Shown here: positions 1 through 10,796 of the stretch, in pieces
Layout of the letters: each line of letters opens with the position of its first letter
Position numbering within the stretch: position 1 is the stretch's first letter
Source: Candidatus Saccharimonadota bacterium
GTDB lineage: Bacteria; Pseudomonadota; Gammaproteobacteria; Enterobacterales; Enterobacteriaceae
Length of the DNA: 32,000 nucleotides
Direction: 5' to 3'
NCBI RefSeq assembly: GCF_964059045.1
Contig: NZ_OZ060402.1
Span: forward strand, 180,001 to 212,000
Program-made: the position numbers and the translations under genes
The notes under the pieces: model-generated
The model's input: the letters and a program-made list of their open reading frames with translations, nothing else
Told to the model about the DNA's origin: nothing
Database searches by the model: none

Positions 1-566
1 CAATTTATAAAGGTATTTGTGTAGATACATCTATGGGTTTAACACCATTGGAAGGGTTAGTCATGGGAACTAGAAGTGGTGATATAGATCCTTCTATTAT
101 TTTTTTTATGTATAAAAAATTAAAAATATCTATAAATGAAATTAATACTATTTTAACATTTAAATCTGGTTTATTAGGATTAAGTAATATTAGTAGTGAT
201 TTCAGGGATGTAGAATCACAATATTATATTAACAAAAAAGCAAAATATGCTGTGGATGTTTTTTGTTATCGTTTAAAAAAATACATTTCTTCATATATTT
301 CTTTAATGAATGGTGTATTAGATGGTATTGTTTTTACTGGTGGAATTGGAGAAAATTCTCCTTTAGTCAGAAAATTAAGTATAGATAATTTGTCATTAAT
401 GGGTTTAATCTCTATCGATGAAGAAAAAAATAATAATTTTAAAAAACAAAAAAATCATTTTATTAATACTAATGGTAGTATTCCAATATTAGTTATTCCT
501 ACAAATGAAGAACTAGCTATTGCTAAAAAAACAAAAAAGTGTATTAATGTACAATCTATTCAATGA
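1..566 (+). CDS. ackA: Acetate kinase, C-terminal part (5' end lies outside the window; reading frame starts at base 3)
   Basis: Translation (IYKGICVDTSMGLTPLEGLVMGTRSGDIDPSIIFF...FTGGIGENS...VIPTNEELAIA) is collinear with the C-terminal third of E. coli AckA. It sits directly upstream of pta, as in the enterobacterial ackA-pta operon. Confidence 0.93.
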   Translation, partial: IYKGICVDTSMGLTPLEGLVMGTRSGDIDPSIIFFMYKKLKISINEINTILTFKSGLLGLSNISSDFRDVESQYYINKKAKYAVDVFCYRLKKYISSYISLMNGVLDGIVFTGGIGENSPLVRKLSIDNLSLMGLISIDEEKNNNFKKQKNHFINTNGSIPILVIPTNEELAIAKKTKKCINVQSIQ

Positions 567-617
567 AGTTTATAATAAATTATCTATTGTATAATTATTT
601 TGATTAAGAGAGTTATG

Positions 618-2771
618 ATGTCACGTGTTATAATGTTATTGCCATTAGGAGATAGTGTTGGTATAAAAACTATTACTTTAGGTTTAATTCAAGCTATTCA
701 ACAACAAAACCTAAATATTACTTTTTTTCAACCTATTTCTAATAATGTTATTTCTAATAATTGTTTAGACACAATTTTAAATGCTATTAAAGATGATAAA
801 TCAATTAATATTATTCCATCTATTAAGAAAATTATTTTAAAAAATATTTATGATCGTAATCAATATACTTGCATGATGGATAAAATATTTGAATATTATA
901 ATTTAAACATTGGAATTTCAGACGTAATATTAATTAATGGATTAACAGTCAAAAATACTAATCCTTTTATAAATAAAATTAATTATGAAATTGCATGTAA
1001 TCTTAATGCTGAAATAATTTTTGTATCTGTTTTACAAAATCATAAATATTTTAATTTAAAACAAGAATTAAAAATGATTCATAATTTTTATGGAATTGAT
1101 AAAAATCTTAATATTATAGGTATCATTGTTAATCAAATTAATCAATGTAGTACAATAAAAAATAATACAAATGATTTTACTGTAGATAATTATTTTAATA
1201 TTGTTCCATTTAATCACTATGATATTAATTCCTTTATAAAAAATAGTAATATTAAATTATTAGCTCATATTCCTTTGAATATGCAATTGATACGTATTTC
1301 AGTTATGAATTTATTAAAATATTTGAAGTTAGATATTATTCATGATAATAGTACGAGTTTGTGTATAATTCAATTTATATTTTTACTAGAATGTTATGCT
1401 AGTGATATATTAAAAAATTTAAAGCATAATTCATTAGTAATTATATCTTTTTATAATATTGTTGTTTTAAAAAATTTATTGCATGATTTTCAAACACATC
1501 TAAAAATCAGTTTATTAGTTATTACTAATGTTAATTTATCTGAATTTTCATCTCAAAACTGGATTCAACAGATTAAAAAAACGTGTCTTTCAGTTATTAT
1601 TACTCCTCAAAATACTTTAAATTTTTTATTTGATTTGAAAAAAGTTCATTTTAAAACAAAAGATACTCAATCATTATTTTTTGATGCTGAAAAAAAAATT
1701 ATTGCTAATTATATTGATAAAGATTGGGTAAAATCATTAAAACAACCAGTTGTTAAAAATAATTCGTATTTGTCACCGATAGAATTTCGTTATCATTTGA
1801 GAATGTTAGCAAAAAAATCTTTGTTTAAAAAAATTGTTTTACCTGAAGGACATGAACCTAGGATTATTAAAGCAGCTATTTTTTGCTATAAGAATAATAT
1901 TGCAGATTGTATTTTATTAGGAGATAGAAAAAATATCTATAATATTGCATCAAAAAATAATATTCAATTAGACGAAAAAATAAAAATTTTAAATCCAAAT
2001 ATAATTAGTAAAAATTATATTGATCTTTTGATAAAATTAAGACAACATAAAGGCATGAATAAAATTATTGCTAATAAACAAATTAAAAATAATATTATTT
2101 TAGGAACGTTAATGTTACAAAATGGAGATGTAGATGGACTAGTAGCAGGTTCTGTTACGACAACAGCAGAGAGTATTAGACCAGGATTACAATTAATAAA
2201 AATGGATAAAAAGTATTCTTTAGTTTCATCAGCTTTTTTTATGTTATTGCCGAATAGAGTTTGTATTTATGCTGATTGTGCTATTAATGCAGATCCAGAT
2301 TATAAACAATTATCTGAAATAGCCATTCAATCTGCCGAAACTGCTATTTTATTTGGAATAGAACCAAGAATAGCAATGATTTCTTATTCTACTGGTCAAT
2401 CAGGTTTTGGTGACAAAGTAAAAATAGTTAATCAAGCTACAGTATTGTTAAAAGAAAAATATCCAAATTTAGTTGTTGATGGACCTATGCAATATGATAC
2501 TGCTATGACATTAGATATTGCAAAAATAAAATTACCTAATTCTAAAGTAGCTGGAAAAGCTAATATTTTAATTTTTCCAGATTTAAACACAGGCAATACA
2601 ACATATAAAGCTGTTCAACGTTCAGCTAATATCATGTGTATTGGTCCAATGTTACAAGGTTTAAAAAAACCGATTAATGATTTATCGAGAGGAGCTTCAA
2701 TAGAAGATATAATTTATACTATTGCATTAACGGTAGTACAATCCAGCTCTTTGGATAAAAATAAGATATAA
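618..2771 (+). CDS. pta: Phosphate acetyltransferase (long enterobacterial form with N-terminal regulatory domain)
   Basis: MSRVIMLLPLGDSVG matches the E. coli Pta N-terminus (MSRIIMLIPTG). The C-terminal PTA_PTB domain is well conserved (LPEGHEPRI, DGLVAGSVTTTA, FPDLNTGNTTYKAVQR, DLSRGASIEDI). The ORF-track TTG at 600 is probably not the start: an AGAGAG Shine-Dalgarno-like motif lies 5 nt before ATG 618. Confidence 0.93.
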   Translation: MSRVIMLLPLGDSVGIKTITLGLIQAIQQQNLNITFFQPISNNVISNNCLDTILNAIKDDKSINIIPSIKKIILKNIYDRNQYTCMMDKIFEYYNLNIGISDVILINGLTVKNTNPFINKINYEIACNLNAEIIFVSVLQNHKYFNLKQELKMIHNFYGIDKNLNIIGIIVNQINQCSTIKNNTNDFTVDNYFNIVPFNHYDINSFIKNSNIKLLAHIPLNMQLIRISVMNLLKYLKLDIIHDNSTSLCIIQFIFLLECYASDILKNLKHNSLVIISFYNIVVLKNLLHDFQTHLKISLLVITNVNLSEFSSQNWIQQIKKTCLSVIITPQNTLNFLFDLKKVHFKTKDTQSLFFDAEKKIIANYIDKDWVKSLKQPVVKNNSYLSPIEFRYHLRMLAKKSLFKKIVLPEGHEPRIIKAAIFCYKNNIADCILLGDRKNIYNIASKNNIQLDEKIKILNPNIISKNYIDLLIKLRQHKGMNKIIANKQIKNNIILGTLMLQNGDVDGLVAGSVTTTAESIRPGLQLIKMDKKYSLVSSAFFMLLPNRVCIYADCAINADPDYKQLSEIAIQSAETAILFGIEPRIAMISYSTGQSGFGDKVKIVNQATVLLKEKYPNLVVDGPMQYDTAMTLDIAKIKLPNSKVAGKANILIFPDLNTGNTTYKAVQRSANIMCIGPMLQGLKKPINDLSRGASIEDIIYTIALTVVQSSSLDKNKI

Positions 2772-2836
2772 TATCATCAGTTATATTAAATTTAATTTAT
2801 ATTAATTATTTTTATCTATTAAACTACTTTAATTAA

Positions 2837-3097
2837 TTATATTTTTATTTGAATATCACTCATCATAATACAACAACAAGGAAAAACTTCTTCAGGATAA
2901 GCAAAAGCTATTGGTTGAGTTATTATATATTTTATTTGACCTTTAATCAAAATGACTTTGCATGCTCCACAAAAACCATATCTGCATTGAGCATTGATTT
3001 TAATTTTATAATTTTCTAAAATTTTTAATAGTATTTTGCTATTATGAGAAATAATTTTTTTATTTTGTCCTATTATTGTGATGGAATATTTTTTCAT
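2837..3097 (-). CDS. yfaE: 2Fe-2S ferredoxin YfaE (ribonucleotide reductase diferric-tyrosyl cofactor maintenance)
   Basis: About 86 aa with a plant-type ferredoxin cysteine pattern (CRYGFCGACKV ... PCCC). It lies immediately downstream of nrdB, as in E. coli nrdA-nrdB-yfaE. Start chosen at MKKYSITI by length and homology; the longer ORF-track start would overlap nrdB. Confidence 0.85.
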   Translation of the reverse strand: MKKYSITIIGQNKKIISHNSKILLKILENYKIKINAQCRYGFCGACKVILIKGQIKYIITQPIAFAYPEEVFPCCCIMMSDIQIKI

Positions 3098-3098
3098 A

Positions 3099-4232
3099 CT
3101 ATAATTCAAATTTTTTAAAATCATGTTCATGTATAGAAGAATCAATTTGACCGACTAAATAAGAACTAATTTCAGTTTCTTGTGGAGCGACTTGTACATT
3201 ATCTGATGTTAACCAAGAATTAATCCATGGAATTGGATTGGATGATTGATTATGAAATATTGGTTTTAATCCTATTGATTTCATTCTAATATTAGTAATA
3301 TATTCAATATATTGACATAAAATTTCTTTATTTAAACCTAACATAGATCCATTTTTAAATAAATACTCAGTCCAGTTTTTTTCTTGATTAGCTATTTTTA
3401 AAAATAGTTCCGATGATTCTATTGTTAATTCATCAGCAATATCAGCCATTCCTTCTTTGTTGTAATGGTTTTTTAATATATTAATTATATGTTGTGTTCC
3501 TGTGAGATGTAATGCTTCATCTCTTGCAATTAATCTTATAATTTTTGCATTCCCTTCCATTATTTCTCTTTCAGCAAAGGCAAAAGAACATGCAAAACTA
3601 ACATAAAATCTTATAGCTTCTAGAGCATTAACGCTTACTAAACATAAATATAATTTTTTTTTTAAATCATATAAATTAATATTAATTTTTTTATTATTAA
3701 TAATATGAATACCTTCGCCTAGTAAATTCCAATATTGAATCATTTTTATTAAATCATCATAATAATCAGAAATATCTTTTGCTCTTACACTAATATATTG
3801 ATTATTAATAATATCATCAAATATTAATGATGGTTGTGTAACAATATTTCTAATGATATGTGTATAAGATCGAGAATGAATAGTTTCTGAAAAAGACCAT
3901 GTTTCAATCCAAGTTTCTAATTCTGGGATAGAAATAATTGGTAAAAAAGCTATATTAGGGCTTCTTCCTTGAATAGAATCAAGTAATGTTTGATATTTTA
4001 AATTACTAATAAAAATATGTTTTTCATGATCTGGTAATTTTTGAAAATCAATTCTATCTTTTGATAAATCAATTTCTTCTGGTCTCCAAAAAAAAGATAG
4101 TTGTTTTTCAATTAATTTTTCAAAAATAAGATATTTTTGTTGATCATATCTAGAGATATTCACTGATTGACCAAAAAACATAGGTTCTTTTAATTGGTTG
4201 TTGTTGTGTTTAGAAAAAGTACTATATATCAT
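3099..4232 (-). CDS. nrdB: Class Ia ribonucleotide reductase, beta subunit
   Basis: 377 aa, collinear with E. coli NrdB (376 aa). Long near-identical blocks: [70 protein letters not shown]-terminal SSYLVGQID. Confidence 0.97.
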   Translation of the reverse strand: MIYSTFSKHNNNQLKEPMFFGQSVNISRYDQQKYLIFEKLIEKQLSFFWRPEEIDLSKDRIDFQKLPDHEKHIFISNLKYQTLLDSIQGRSPNIAFLPIISIPELETWIETWSFSETIHSRSYTHIIRNIVTQPSLIFDDIINNQYISVRAKDISDYYDDLIKMIQYWNLLGEGIHIINNKKININLYDLKKKLYLCLVSVNALEAIRFYVSFACSFAFAEREIMEGNAKIIRLIARDEALHLTGTQHIINILKNHYNKEGMADIADELTIESSELFLKIANQEKNWTEYLFKNGSMLGLNKEILCQYIEYITNIRMKSIGLKPIFHNQSSNPIPWINSWLTSDNVQVAPQETEISSYLVGQIDSSIHEHDFKKFEL

Positions 4233-4312
4233 TTTATTATCCTAATTAATATAAGAATATATAATTTTTATTAAAATATATTTTTTATTCATATTAATAT
4301 ACAATGTTCATA

Positions 4313-6604
4313 TTATATATGACATGATCCACTAGCACAATTATCATCTTTCATAATATTGTTAGAATTGTCTATATGAAAATTATCTTGAGCTCCATCT
4401 CTTGTGTTTTGATAATATAGAGTTTTTAATCCTAGTTTATAAGCAGTTAACAAATCTTGTATAAGATTTTTCATAGGTATTTTATTGTGTAAAAATTTTT
4501 TTGGATCATAGTTAGTATTTGCAGATATTGATTGATCAATAAACTTTTGCATAATTCCTACTAGTTGAAGATATCCAGTATTATTTGGAAAATCCCATAA
4601 TAATTCATATTTTGTTTTTAATTTATTAAATTCTGGAACGACTTGTTTTAACATACCATCTTTAGACGATTTTATACTAATATATCCTCTTGGTGGTTCA
4701 ATGCCATTAGTTGCATTAGATATTTGTGAAGAAGTTTCAGAAGGCATTAATGCTGATAAAGTAGAATTACGTAATCCATATTTTTTAATTTTTTTTCTTA
4801 AATTATCCCAATTTAAATGTAATGGTTCATTACATATTGTATCAATTTCTTTTTTATATGTATCTATAGGTAAAATTCCTTTATAATAATTAGTTTGGTA
4901 AAATAAAGAACAGGATCCTTTTTCTTTAGCTAATTGACATGAAGCAAGTAATAAATAATATTGAAAAGCTTCAAAAGTTTGATGAGTTAATTTATTTGCA
5001 CTTCCATCAGAATATTTAACATCATTTTTGGCTAGATAATAAGCAAAATTTATTACTCCTATTCCTAAAGATCTTCTATTGATAGCAGATTGTTCAGCAG
5101 CTAATATTGGATATTGTTGGTAATCTAAAACTGAATCTAAAGCTCTTACCATGAGATTAGACAATATTTCAATATCTTGAAGATTATCAATATTTCCTAA
5201 ATTAATAGCTGATAATGTACATAATGCAATTTCTCCATTTTTATCATTAATATCATTAAGTGGTTTAGTTGGTAATGTTATTTCTAAACATAAATTAGAT
5301 TGTTTAATTGGTGCCAATTTTGGGTTAAATGGACTATGTGTATTACAGTGATCAACGTTTTGTATATATATTCTCCCAGTAGATGTTCTTTCTTGTAAAA
5401 TGATTGAAAATAAGTCAATGGCTTTGATTTGTTTTTTTCTTAATTTTGGATCAATTTCATATTGATGATATAATTTTTCAAATTTTTTTTGATTAGAAAA
5501 AAAAGAATCATATAGATCTAATACATCTGATGGACTAAACAATGTGATATTTTTACCTAAAATCATTCTTTGATACATTAATTTATTAATTTGTACTGTA
5601 TAATCTAAATGTCTTACTCGGTTTTCTTCTATTCCTCGATTATTTTTAAGTACTAATAGATTTTCTATTTCTAAATGCCAAATAGGATAAAAAATAGTAG
5701 CAGCACCACCGCGCACACCACCTTGTGAACATGATTTTACTGCACTTTGAAAAAGTTTATAAAATGGAATACATCCAGTATGAAATGCTTCTCCTCCTCT
5801 AATAGGACTTCCTAAAGCACGTATTTGACCAGCATTAATACCAATTCCAGCTCTTTGAGATACATATTTAATAATAGAGCTAGTAGTAGCATTAATTGAA
5901 TTTAAACTGTCTGAACATTCAATTAGAACACATGAACTAAATTGTCTAGTAGGTGTTCTTACTCCAGACATAATAGGAGTAGGTAGAGAAATTTTAAATG
6001 TAGAAATAGCATTATAAAATTGTTGAATATATTGCATTCTAGTTTTACTAGGGTACTTAGAAAACAAACATGCAGAAATTAAAATATAAAGAAATTGAGC
6101 ACTTTCATATATTTTTCCAGTAATTCTGTTTTGTATTAAATATTTACCCTCTAATTGTTTTACTGCTGCATAGGAAAAATTCATATCTCTCCAATGATCT
6201 ATAAAGGAATTCATAATAGAATATTCAGATTTGTTGTAAGATGATAATAATTGTTGATCATAAATTCCTAATTTGACCATTTTTGTCACATGAGTATATA
6301 ATTTTGGCGGTTCAAATTGATTATATGCTTTTTTTCTTAAATGAAATATAGCTAATCTAGCAGCCATATATTGATAATCTGGACAATTTTGAGATATTAG
6401 ATCTGCTGCTGCTTTTATAATTGTTTCATGGATATTGATTGTACTAATTCCGTCATAGAACTGTATTCTTGATTTTATTTCTACTTGAGACACTGATACA
6501 TTTTTTAATCCTGCAGCAGCCCAATTTAAAACTTTATGAATTTTTTCTAAATTAATCAGTTCTTTTTTGTTATTCCTTTTTGTAACAAATAAAGTTTTTT
6601 CCAT
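4313..6604 (-). CDS. nrdA: Class Ia ribonucleotide reductase, alpha subunit
   Basis: 763 aa versus 761 aa in E. coli. ATP-cone N-terminus (VTKRNNKKELINLEKIH), catalytic-site blocks (QSNLCLEI, SALMPSETSSQISNATNGIEPP) and a C-terminal Cys pair (CASGSCHI). Confidence 0.97.
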   Translation of the reverse strand: MEKTLFVTKRNNKKELINLEKIHKVLNWAAAGLKNVSVSQVEIKSRIQFYDGISTINIHETIIKAAADLISQNCPDYQYMAARLAIFHLRKKAYNQFEPPKLYTHVTKMVKLGIYDQQLLSSYNKSEYSIMNSFIDHWRDMNFSYAAVKQLEGKYLIQNRITGKIYESAQFLYILISACLFSKYPSKTRMQYIQQFYNAISTFKISLPTPIMSGVRTPTRQFSSCVLIECSDSLNSINATTSSIIKYVSQRAGIGINAGQIRALGSPIRGGEAFHTGCIPFYKLFQSAVKSCSQGGVRGGAATIFYPIWHLEIENLLVLKNNRGIEENRVRHLDYTVQINKLMYQRMILGKNITLFSPSDVLDLYDSFFSNQKKFEKLYHQYEIDPKLRKKQIKAIDLFSIILQERTSTGRIYIQNVDHCNTHSPFNPKLAPIKQSNLCLEITLPTKPLNDINDKNGEIALCTLSAINLGNIDNLQDIEILSNLMVRALDSVLDYQQYPILAAEQSAINRRSLGIGVINFAYYLAKNDVKYSDGSANKLTHQTFEAFQYYLLLASCQLAKEKGSCSLFYQTNYYKGILPIDTYKKEIDTICNEPLHLNWDNLRKKIKKYGLRNSTLSALMPSETSSQISNATNGIEPPRGYISIKSSKDGMLKQVVPEFNKLKTKYELLWDFPNNTGYLQLVGIMQKFIDQSISANTNYDPKKFLHNKIPMKNLIQDLLTAYKLGLKTLYYQNTRDGAQDNFHIDNSNNIMKDDNCASGSCHI

Positions 6605-6963
6605 ATAGTTAATTCCTATTTATATGATAATTGAATTTCTATTAAAAAGACATTCACATTATTTTTTATTTGATAAAAAATATTAGTGTATTTTTTAAAT
6701 TGATTATTAATTTTTAATTTGATTAAAAATTATCATATTATGATTTTATAATTAAAAGATTTTTTATTAAAAAGATTATAAAAATTAATATTTTGAAATT
6801 AAATTATATATAGTTATATATAATATTTTTTAAAAAATAATAATACTATCATTCAAAATATTATTTATGAATCAAATGATATTGATAGATGTATTATATT
6901 TAATTAGTTTAATTATATTAATTAAAAATTGGATATTTTTATTTTTTATGATATTAATATTTT

Positions 6964-9495
6964 TTATAAAAAATTTTCTTTAACTCTTTGTAAAGCTACA
7001 ACTTTTTCTTTCATTGATGTTCTTATTAAAATTACACCTTGGGTATTTCTGCCTAATATTCCAATTTCGGATACTCTGATACGTACTAATTTACCTGCAT
7101 TGGTTATCATCATAATTTGATCTTGTTCTATTACTTGAATTGCTGCGATAACTTTTCCATTTTTTGGTGTAACTTTTATTGCTATTATTCCACGTGTAGC
7201 ACGAGATTTGATAGAAAATTCAGAAATATTAGTTCTTTTCCCATAACCTTTATTTGTAACAATTAGAATATCATTATTATTTCTTGGAACGATTAATGAT
7301 ACCACTTTATCTTCTTTATTAATTTTTATGCCTTTAACACCGGATGCATTTCTTCCCATTGTTCTTACTGATTTTTCGTAAAATTGAACCGCTTTTCCAG
7401 AAGCGGTAAACAGCATAATATTATCATGTCCATTAGTTAAAGCAATACCAATTAATTCGTCATTCGATTTTAAATTAATTGCGATTATACCTTTACTTCT
7501 CGGTTTTTTAAATTCTTTTAAACAAGTTTTTTTAACGATACCACAAGCAGTTACCATTAAAATATTAATAATATTATTTTTATATTTATGTATAGGTAAA
7601 ATTGCTGTAATACGTTCATGAGGTCTTAATGGGAGTAAATTAACGATTGGTCTACCTCTAGCATGTCTGCTAGATTCAGGTAATTGATATACTTTTAATT
7701 GGTAAAGAATACCTTTACTTGAAAAACATAGAATTGTATCATGTGTATTAGTTACTAATAGTATTTCAATAAAATCTTTTTCTTTAGTTTTGGCAGCTGT
7801 TTTTCCTTTCCCTCCTCTTTTTTGAGCTTCATAATCAGATAGTGGTTGATATTTGACATATCCTGTATGAGATAAAGTAATTACCACATCTTCTTTGTTT
7901 ATCATATCTTCTATATTGATATCGGTTATATTTGTTTTAATTTCTGTTTTTCTTTGATCTCCAAAGTTATTTTTAATAATTATAAGTTCTTCTCTAATAA
8001 TCTTCATCATATAATTATTATTATCTAAAATTTTTTCTAAATTATGTATTTTTTTAATTAAAAGATTTTGTTCTTCAAATATTTTTTTATGTTCTAAATT
8101 TGTTAATTTATTTAAACGTAGTTCAAGTATAGATTGTATTTGTTGTTCAGTAAAAAAGTAATATGCATGATTTACTGTTCTTTTTTTAAATAATTCTTTA
8201 TTATTTGATGGTTTATCGTTTAAAGGATAGCGAATATTATTTTTTATTATCCATGATCTTGATAAAAATTTTTCTTTAGCTTCTTTAGTATTATTAGAGG
8301 ATTGAATTAATTGAATAATTTGATCAATGTTATTTAGTGCAATTATTAATCCTTGTAGAATATGAGTTCTTTCTTTAAATTTTTTTAATTCGAATATACT
8401 ACGACGAGTGACTATTTCTTGGCGATGATTAATAAAATATTTAATAATTTTCATTAAAGATAATGTTTTGGGTTGACCATGACAAAGTGCTACCATGTTA
8501 ATACCAAAAGATATTTGCATTGGGCTTAATGAATATAATTGATTTAAAATTATTTCAACAATAGATTCTTTTTTAATTTCTATAACAATTCTCATACCTT
8601 CTTTGTCAGATTCATCTCTTAAAGCTGTAATACCTTCAATTCTTTTATCTTTAATTAATTCTGAAATTTTTTCAATTAATCTTGATTTATTTACTTGATA
8701 GGGTATTTCATATACTACAATAGAAACTTTTTTTGTTTTTTGATGAGTTTCTATTTTATGTCTAGCTCGAATAAAAATTTTACCTTTTCCTGTTTGATAG
8801 GCTTCTTCAATTCCAGTTCGACCATTAATAATACCTGCAGTAGGAAAATCTGGTCCAGGAATATATTTTAGTAATTGTTTTAATGTGATATGATTATTAT
8901 CAATATATGCAATGCATCCTGAAATAACTTCATTTAAATTATGAGGTGGTATATTAGTTGCCATCCCAACAGCAATTCCTGAAGATCCGTTAATTAAAAT
9001 ATTTGGTATTTTTGTAGGTAGTACATTAGGTATATATTCTGTTTCATCATAATTAGGTATAAAATTTACAGTATTTTTTTCAAGATCGTTAAGTAATTCA
9101 TGGGATATTTTTGACATACGTATTTCAGTATATCGCATAGCCGCAGCAGTATCTCCATCTACTGAACCAAAATTCCCTTGTCCATCTATAAGTACGTATC
9201 TTAAAGAAAATGATTGTGCCATTCTTACAATTGCATCATATACAGCAGAGTCTCCATGAGGATGGTATTTTCCAATTACATCTCCAACAATTCTAGCTGA
9301 TTTTTTGTATGGTTTATTCCATATATTGTTTAGAATATGCATAGCAAAAAGAATTCTACGATGAACTGGTTTTAAACCGTCTCTAACATCAGGTAAAGCT
9401 CTTCCAATTATAACAGACATAGCATAATCTAAATAAGATTTTTTTAATTCTTTTTCGATATTGACCTTTAAAATTTCATTTGATAGGTCTTTCAT
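6964..9495 (-). CDS. gyrA: DNA gyrase subunit A (lacks the acidic C-terminal tail of the E. coli protein)
   Basis: 843 aa. N-terminus [47 protein letters not shown], wild-type QRDR ([10 protein letters not shown]) and catalytic Tyr block ([11 protein letters not shown]). The C-terminal beta-pinwheel repeats are collinear with E. coli GyrA up to ...LQRV. Confidence 0.97.
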   Translation of the reverse strand: MKDLSNEILKVNIEKELKKSYLDYAMSVIIGRALPDVRDGLKPVHRRILFAMHILNNIWNKPYKKSARIVGDVIGKYHPHGDSAVYDAIVRMAQSFSLRYVLIDGQGNFGSVDGDTAAAMRYTEIRMSKISHELLNDLEKNTVNFIPNYDETEYIPNVLPTKIPNILINGSSGIAVGMATNIPPHNLNEVISGCIAYIDNNHITLKQLLKYIPGPDFPTAGIINGRTGIEEAYQTGKGKIFIRARHKIETHQKTKKVSIVVYEIPYQVNKSRLIEKISELIKDKRIEGITALRDESDKEGMRIVIEIKKESIVEIILNQLYSLSPMQISFGINMVALCHGQPKTLSLMKIIKYFINHRQEIVTRRSIFELKKFKERTHILQGLIIALNNIDQIIQLIQSSNNTKEAKEKFLSRSWIIKNNIRYPLNDKPSNNKELFKKRTVNHAYYFFTEQQIQSILELRLNKLTNLEHKKIFEEQNLLIKKIHNLEKILDNNNYMMKIIREELIIIKNNFGDQRKTEIKTNITDINIEDMINKEDVVITLSHTGYVKYQPLSDYEAQKRGGKGKTAAKTKEKDFIEILLVTNTHDTILCFSSKGILYQLKVYQLPESSRHARGRPIVNLLPLRPHERITAILPIHKYKNNIINILMVTACGIVKKTCLKEFKKPRSKGIIAINLKSNDELIGIALTNGHDNIMLFTASGKAVQFYEKSVRTMGRNASGVKGIKINKEDKVVSLIVPRNNNDILIVTNKGYGKRTNISEFSIKSRATRGIIAIKVTPKNGKVIAAIQVIEQDQIMMITNAGKLVRIRVSEIGILGRNTQGVILIRTSMKEKVVALQRVKENFL

Positions 9496-10067
9496 AGAGT
9501 TATAATCTCTTGTTATTTAATTCTTAAAATAAAATATGTTTATTGATAAAAGATCAATATTTTATTTTAAGAATATTGATCGTTAATAATATTTTTATTA
9601 TTAATTTTTATGTAAACATTTTTATTCATTTATTGGGATTAATTTTATCACATTGCTGTCAAATTTTTCAAGATTAGATAAAAAAGTTATGAAAATATTA
9701 ATTTATTGATATTTTATTTTTGATTTAATACATATAAATTTTTTGATAAAATTTATATGTATTATTGGTTAATTATTTTATAAATTAGTTTTATTGATTT
9801 TTGTTGTGTTTAATATTAAAAATTTATTATTAAAATATTTTATTTATTTTAAATTTTGATATAAATAAAAACTCAATTATTATTGAGTATAGATTTAATA
9901 TGTATATAATGACATATATCATGATTAGTAATAGTTGAAAAAATTAAAATATTATTTTAATGATTATTTAATTTTTAAATACAATTAATGTAAAAATAAA
10001 AATTAATTTTTTAAAAAATTATTTTTTGCTACAATAATATAGTTTTTAATCCTTTTTAGGAATTATT

Positions 10068-10796
10068 ATGAAAAATGAAGAAAAACAATTAATAGAAAAT
10101 TTATTTCATAAATTGAGCAAAGTAGAACAAAAATCAGATTTAAGAAATAGATCTGCTGAACAATTAATTCATTCTTTTATTAAAAATCAATCTAATGCTC
10201 CATATTATATGACTCAAACAATTTTAGTACAAGATACGGTGTTAAAAAAATTAAATAAACGTATTATTGAATTAGAGCAAAAAATATCTGAATATGAAAA
10301 TGAATTAAGTCAAAAATCAAAAAATACTGGTTTTTTATCTAATATATTTAAAAAAAATTATGATTCAACTACTAAAAACGCATCATATCATCGTGAAGAT
10401 GATGGTTCTGTTCGATCATCTAATCGTTCTGTTTTACCTTCTAGTTCTAGTGCTTCTAATACTGGTCCCGGTTTATCTTCTATTGGTAATAGTTTTTTAG
10501 GTAATGCTTTACAAACAGCTGTAGGGGTTGCAGGTGGTATGGTAGTTGGAAATATGTTAATGAATTTTTTTAAACATGAGAAACCAGAAGAAGAAATATT
10601 AACTTCATCTAACGATTCATTAATTGATCATACTGATTATGAAGAGTTTGATATATTAAACAATAATCCTTATAATGTTGTTAGCCAAGATCAAAATTTT
10701 TTATCTGATAATAATGATTTTTTTGATTCTAATGATATTCATCATATAGAATCAGACGATTATTATGAAGATAATAATGATGATGATCTTATATAA
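10068..10796 (+). CDS. Conserved protein of unknown function, DUF2076-like (coiled-coil N-domain, Gly-rich hydrophobic segment, acidic D/N-rich tail)
   Basis: The N-terminal block EEKQLIENLFHKL...APYYMTQTILVQDTVLKKLNKRIIELE resembles my recollection of the DUF2076 family signature. It is followed by GNALQTAVGVAGGMVVGNMLMNFF and a very acidic C-terminus. The family assignment is from memory and was not searched. Confidence 0.6.
   Translation: MKNEEKQLIENLFHKLSKVEQKSDLRNRSAEQLIHSFIKNQSNAPYYMTQTILVQDTVLKKLNKRIIELEQKISEYENELSQKSKNTGFLSNIFKKNYDSTTKNASYHREDDGSVRSSNRSVLPSSSSASNTGPGLSSIGNSFLGNALQTAVGVAGGMVVGNMLMNFFKHEKPEEEILTSSNDSLIDHTDYEEFDILNNNPYNVVSQDQNFLSDNNDFFDSNDIHHIESDDYYEDNNDDDLI

Noticed and set aside
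3098-3145. 16-codon N-terminal extension of the yfaE ORF that would overlap nrdB.
   Set aside because: E. coli YfaE is 84 aa. The internal MKKYSITI start gives the right length and removes the overlap with the nrdB stop (3099-3101).
4701-4886. 61-aa + strand ORF inside nrdA. Similar antisense ORFs lie at 6929-7120, 20161-20343, 20793-21005, 21516-21818, 22566-22859, 28230-28466 and 29876-30064.
   Set aside because: All lie entirely or largely within, and antisense to, long well-conserved genes (nrdA, gyrA, thrC/B/A, leuB, leuC). They have low-complexity hydrophobic translations and no recognisable motifs. They are typical shadow ORFs.
6655-6689. CACATT...TAGTGT imperfect inverted repeat upstream of nrdA, considered as NrdR boxes.
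   Set aside because: Only the outer half-sites resemble the NrdR box. The arms align only with an indel, and the expected pair of 16-bp palindromes is not present. I cannot support it from sequence alone.
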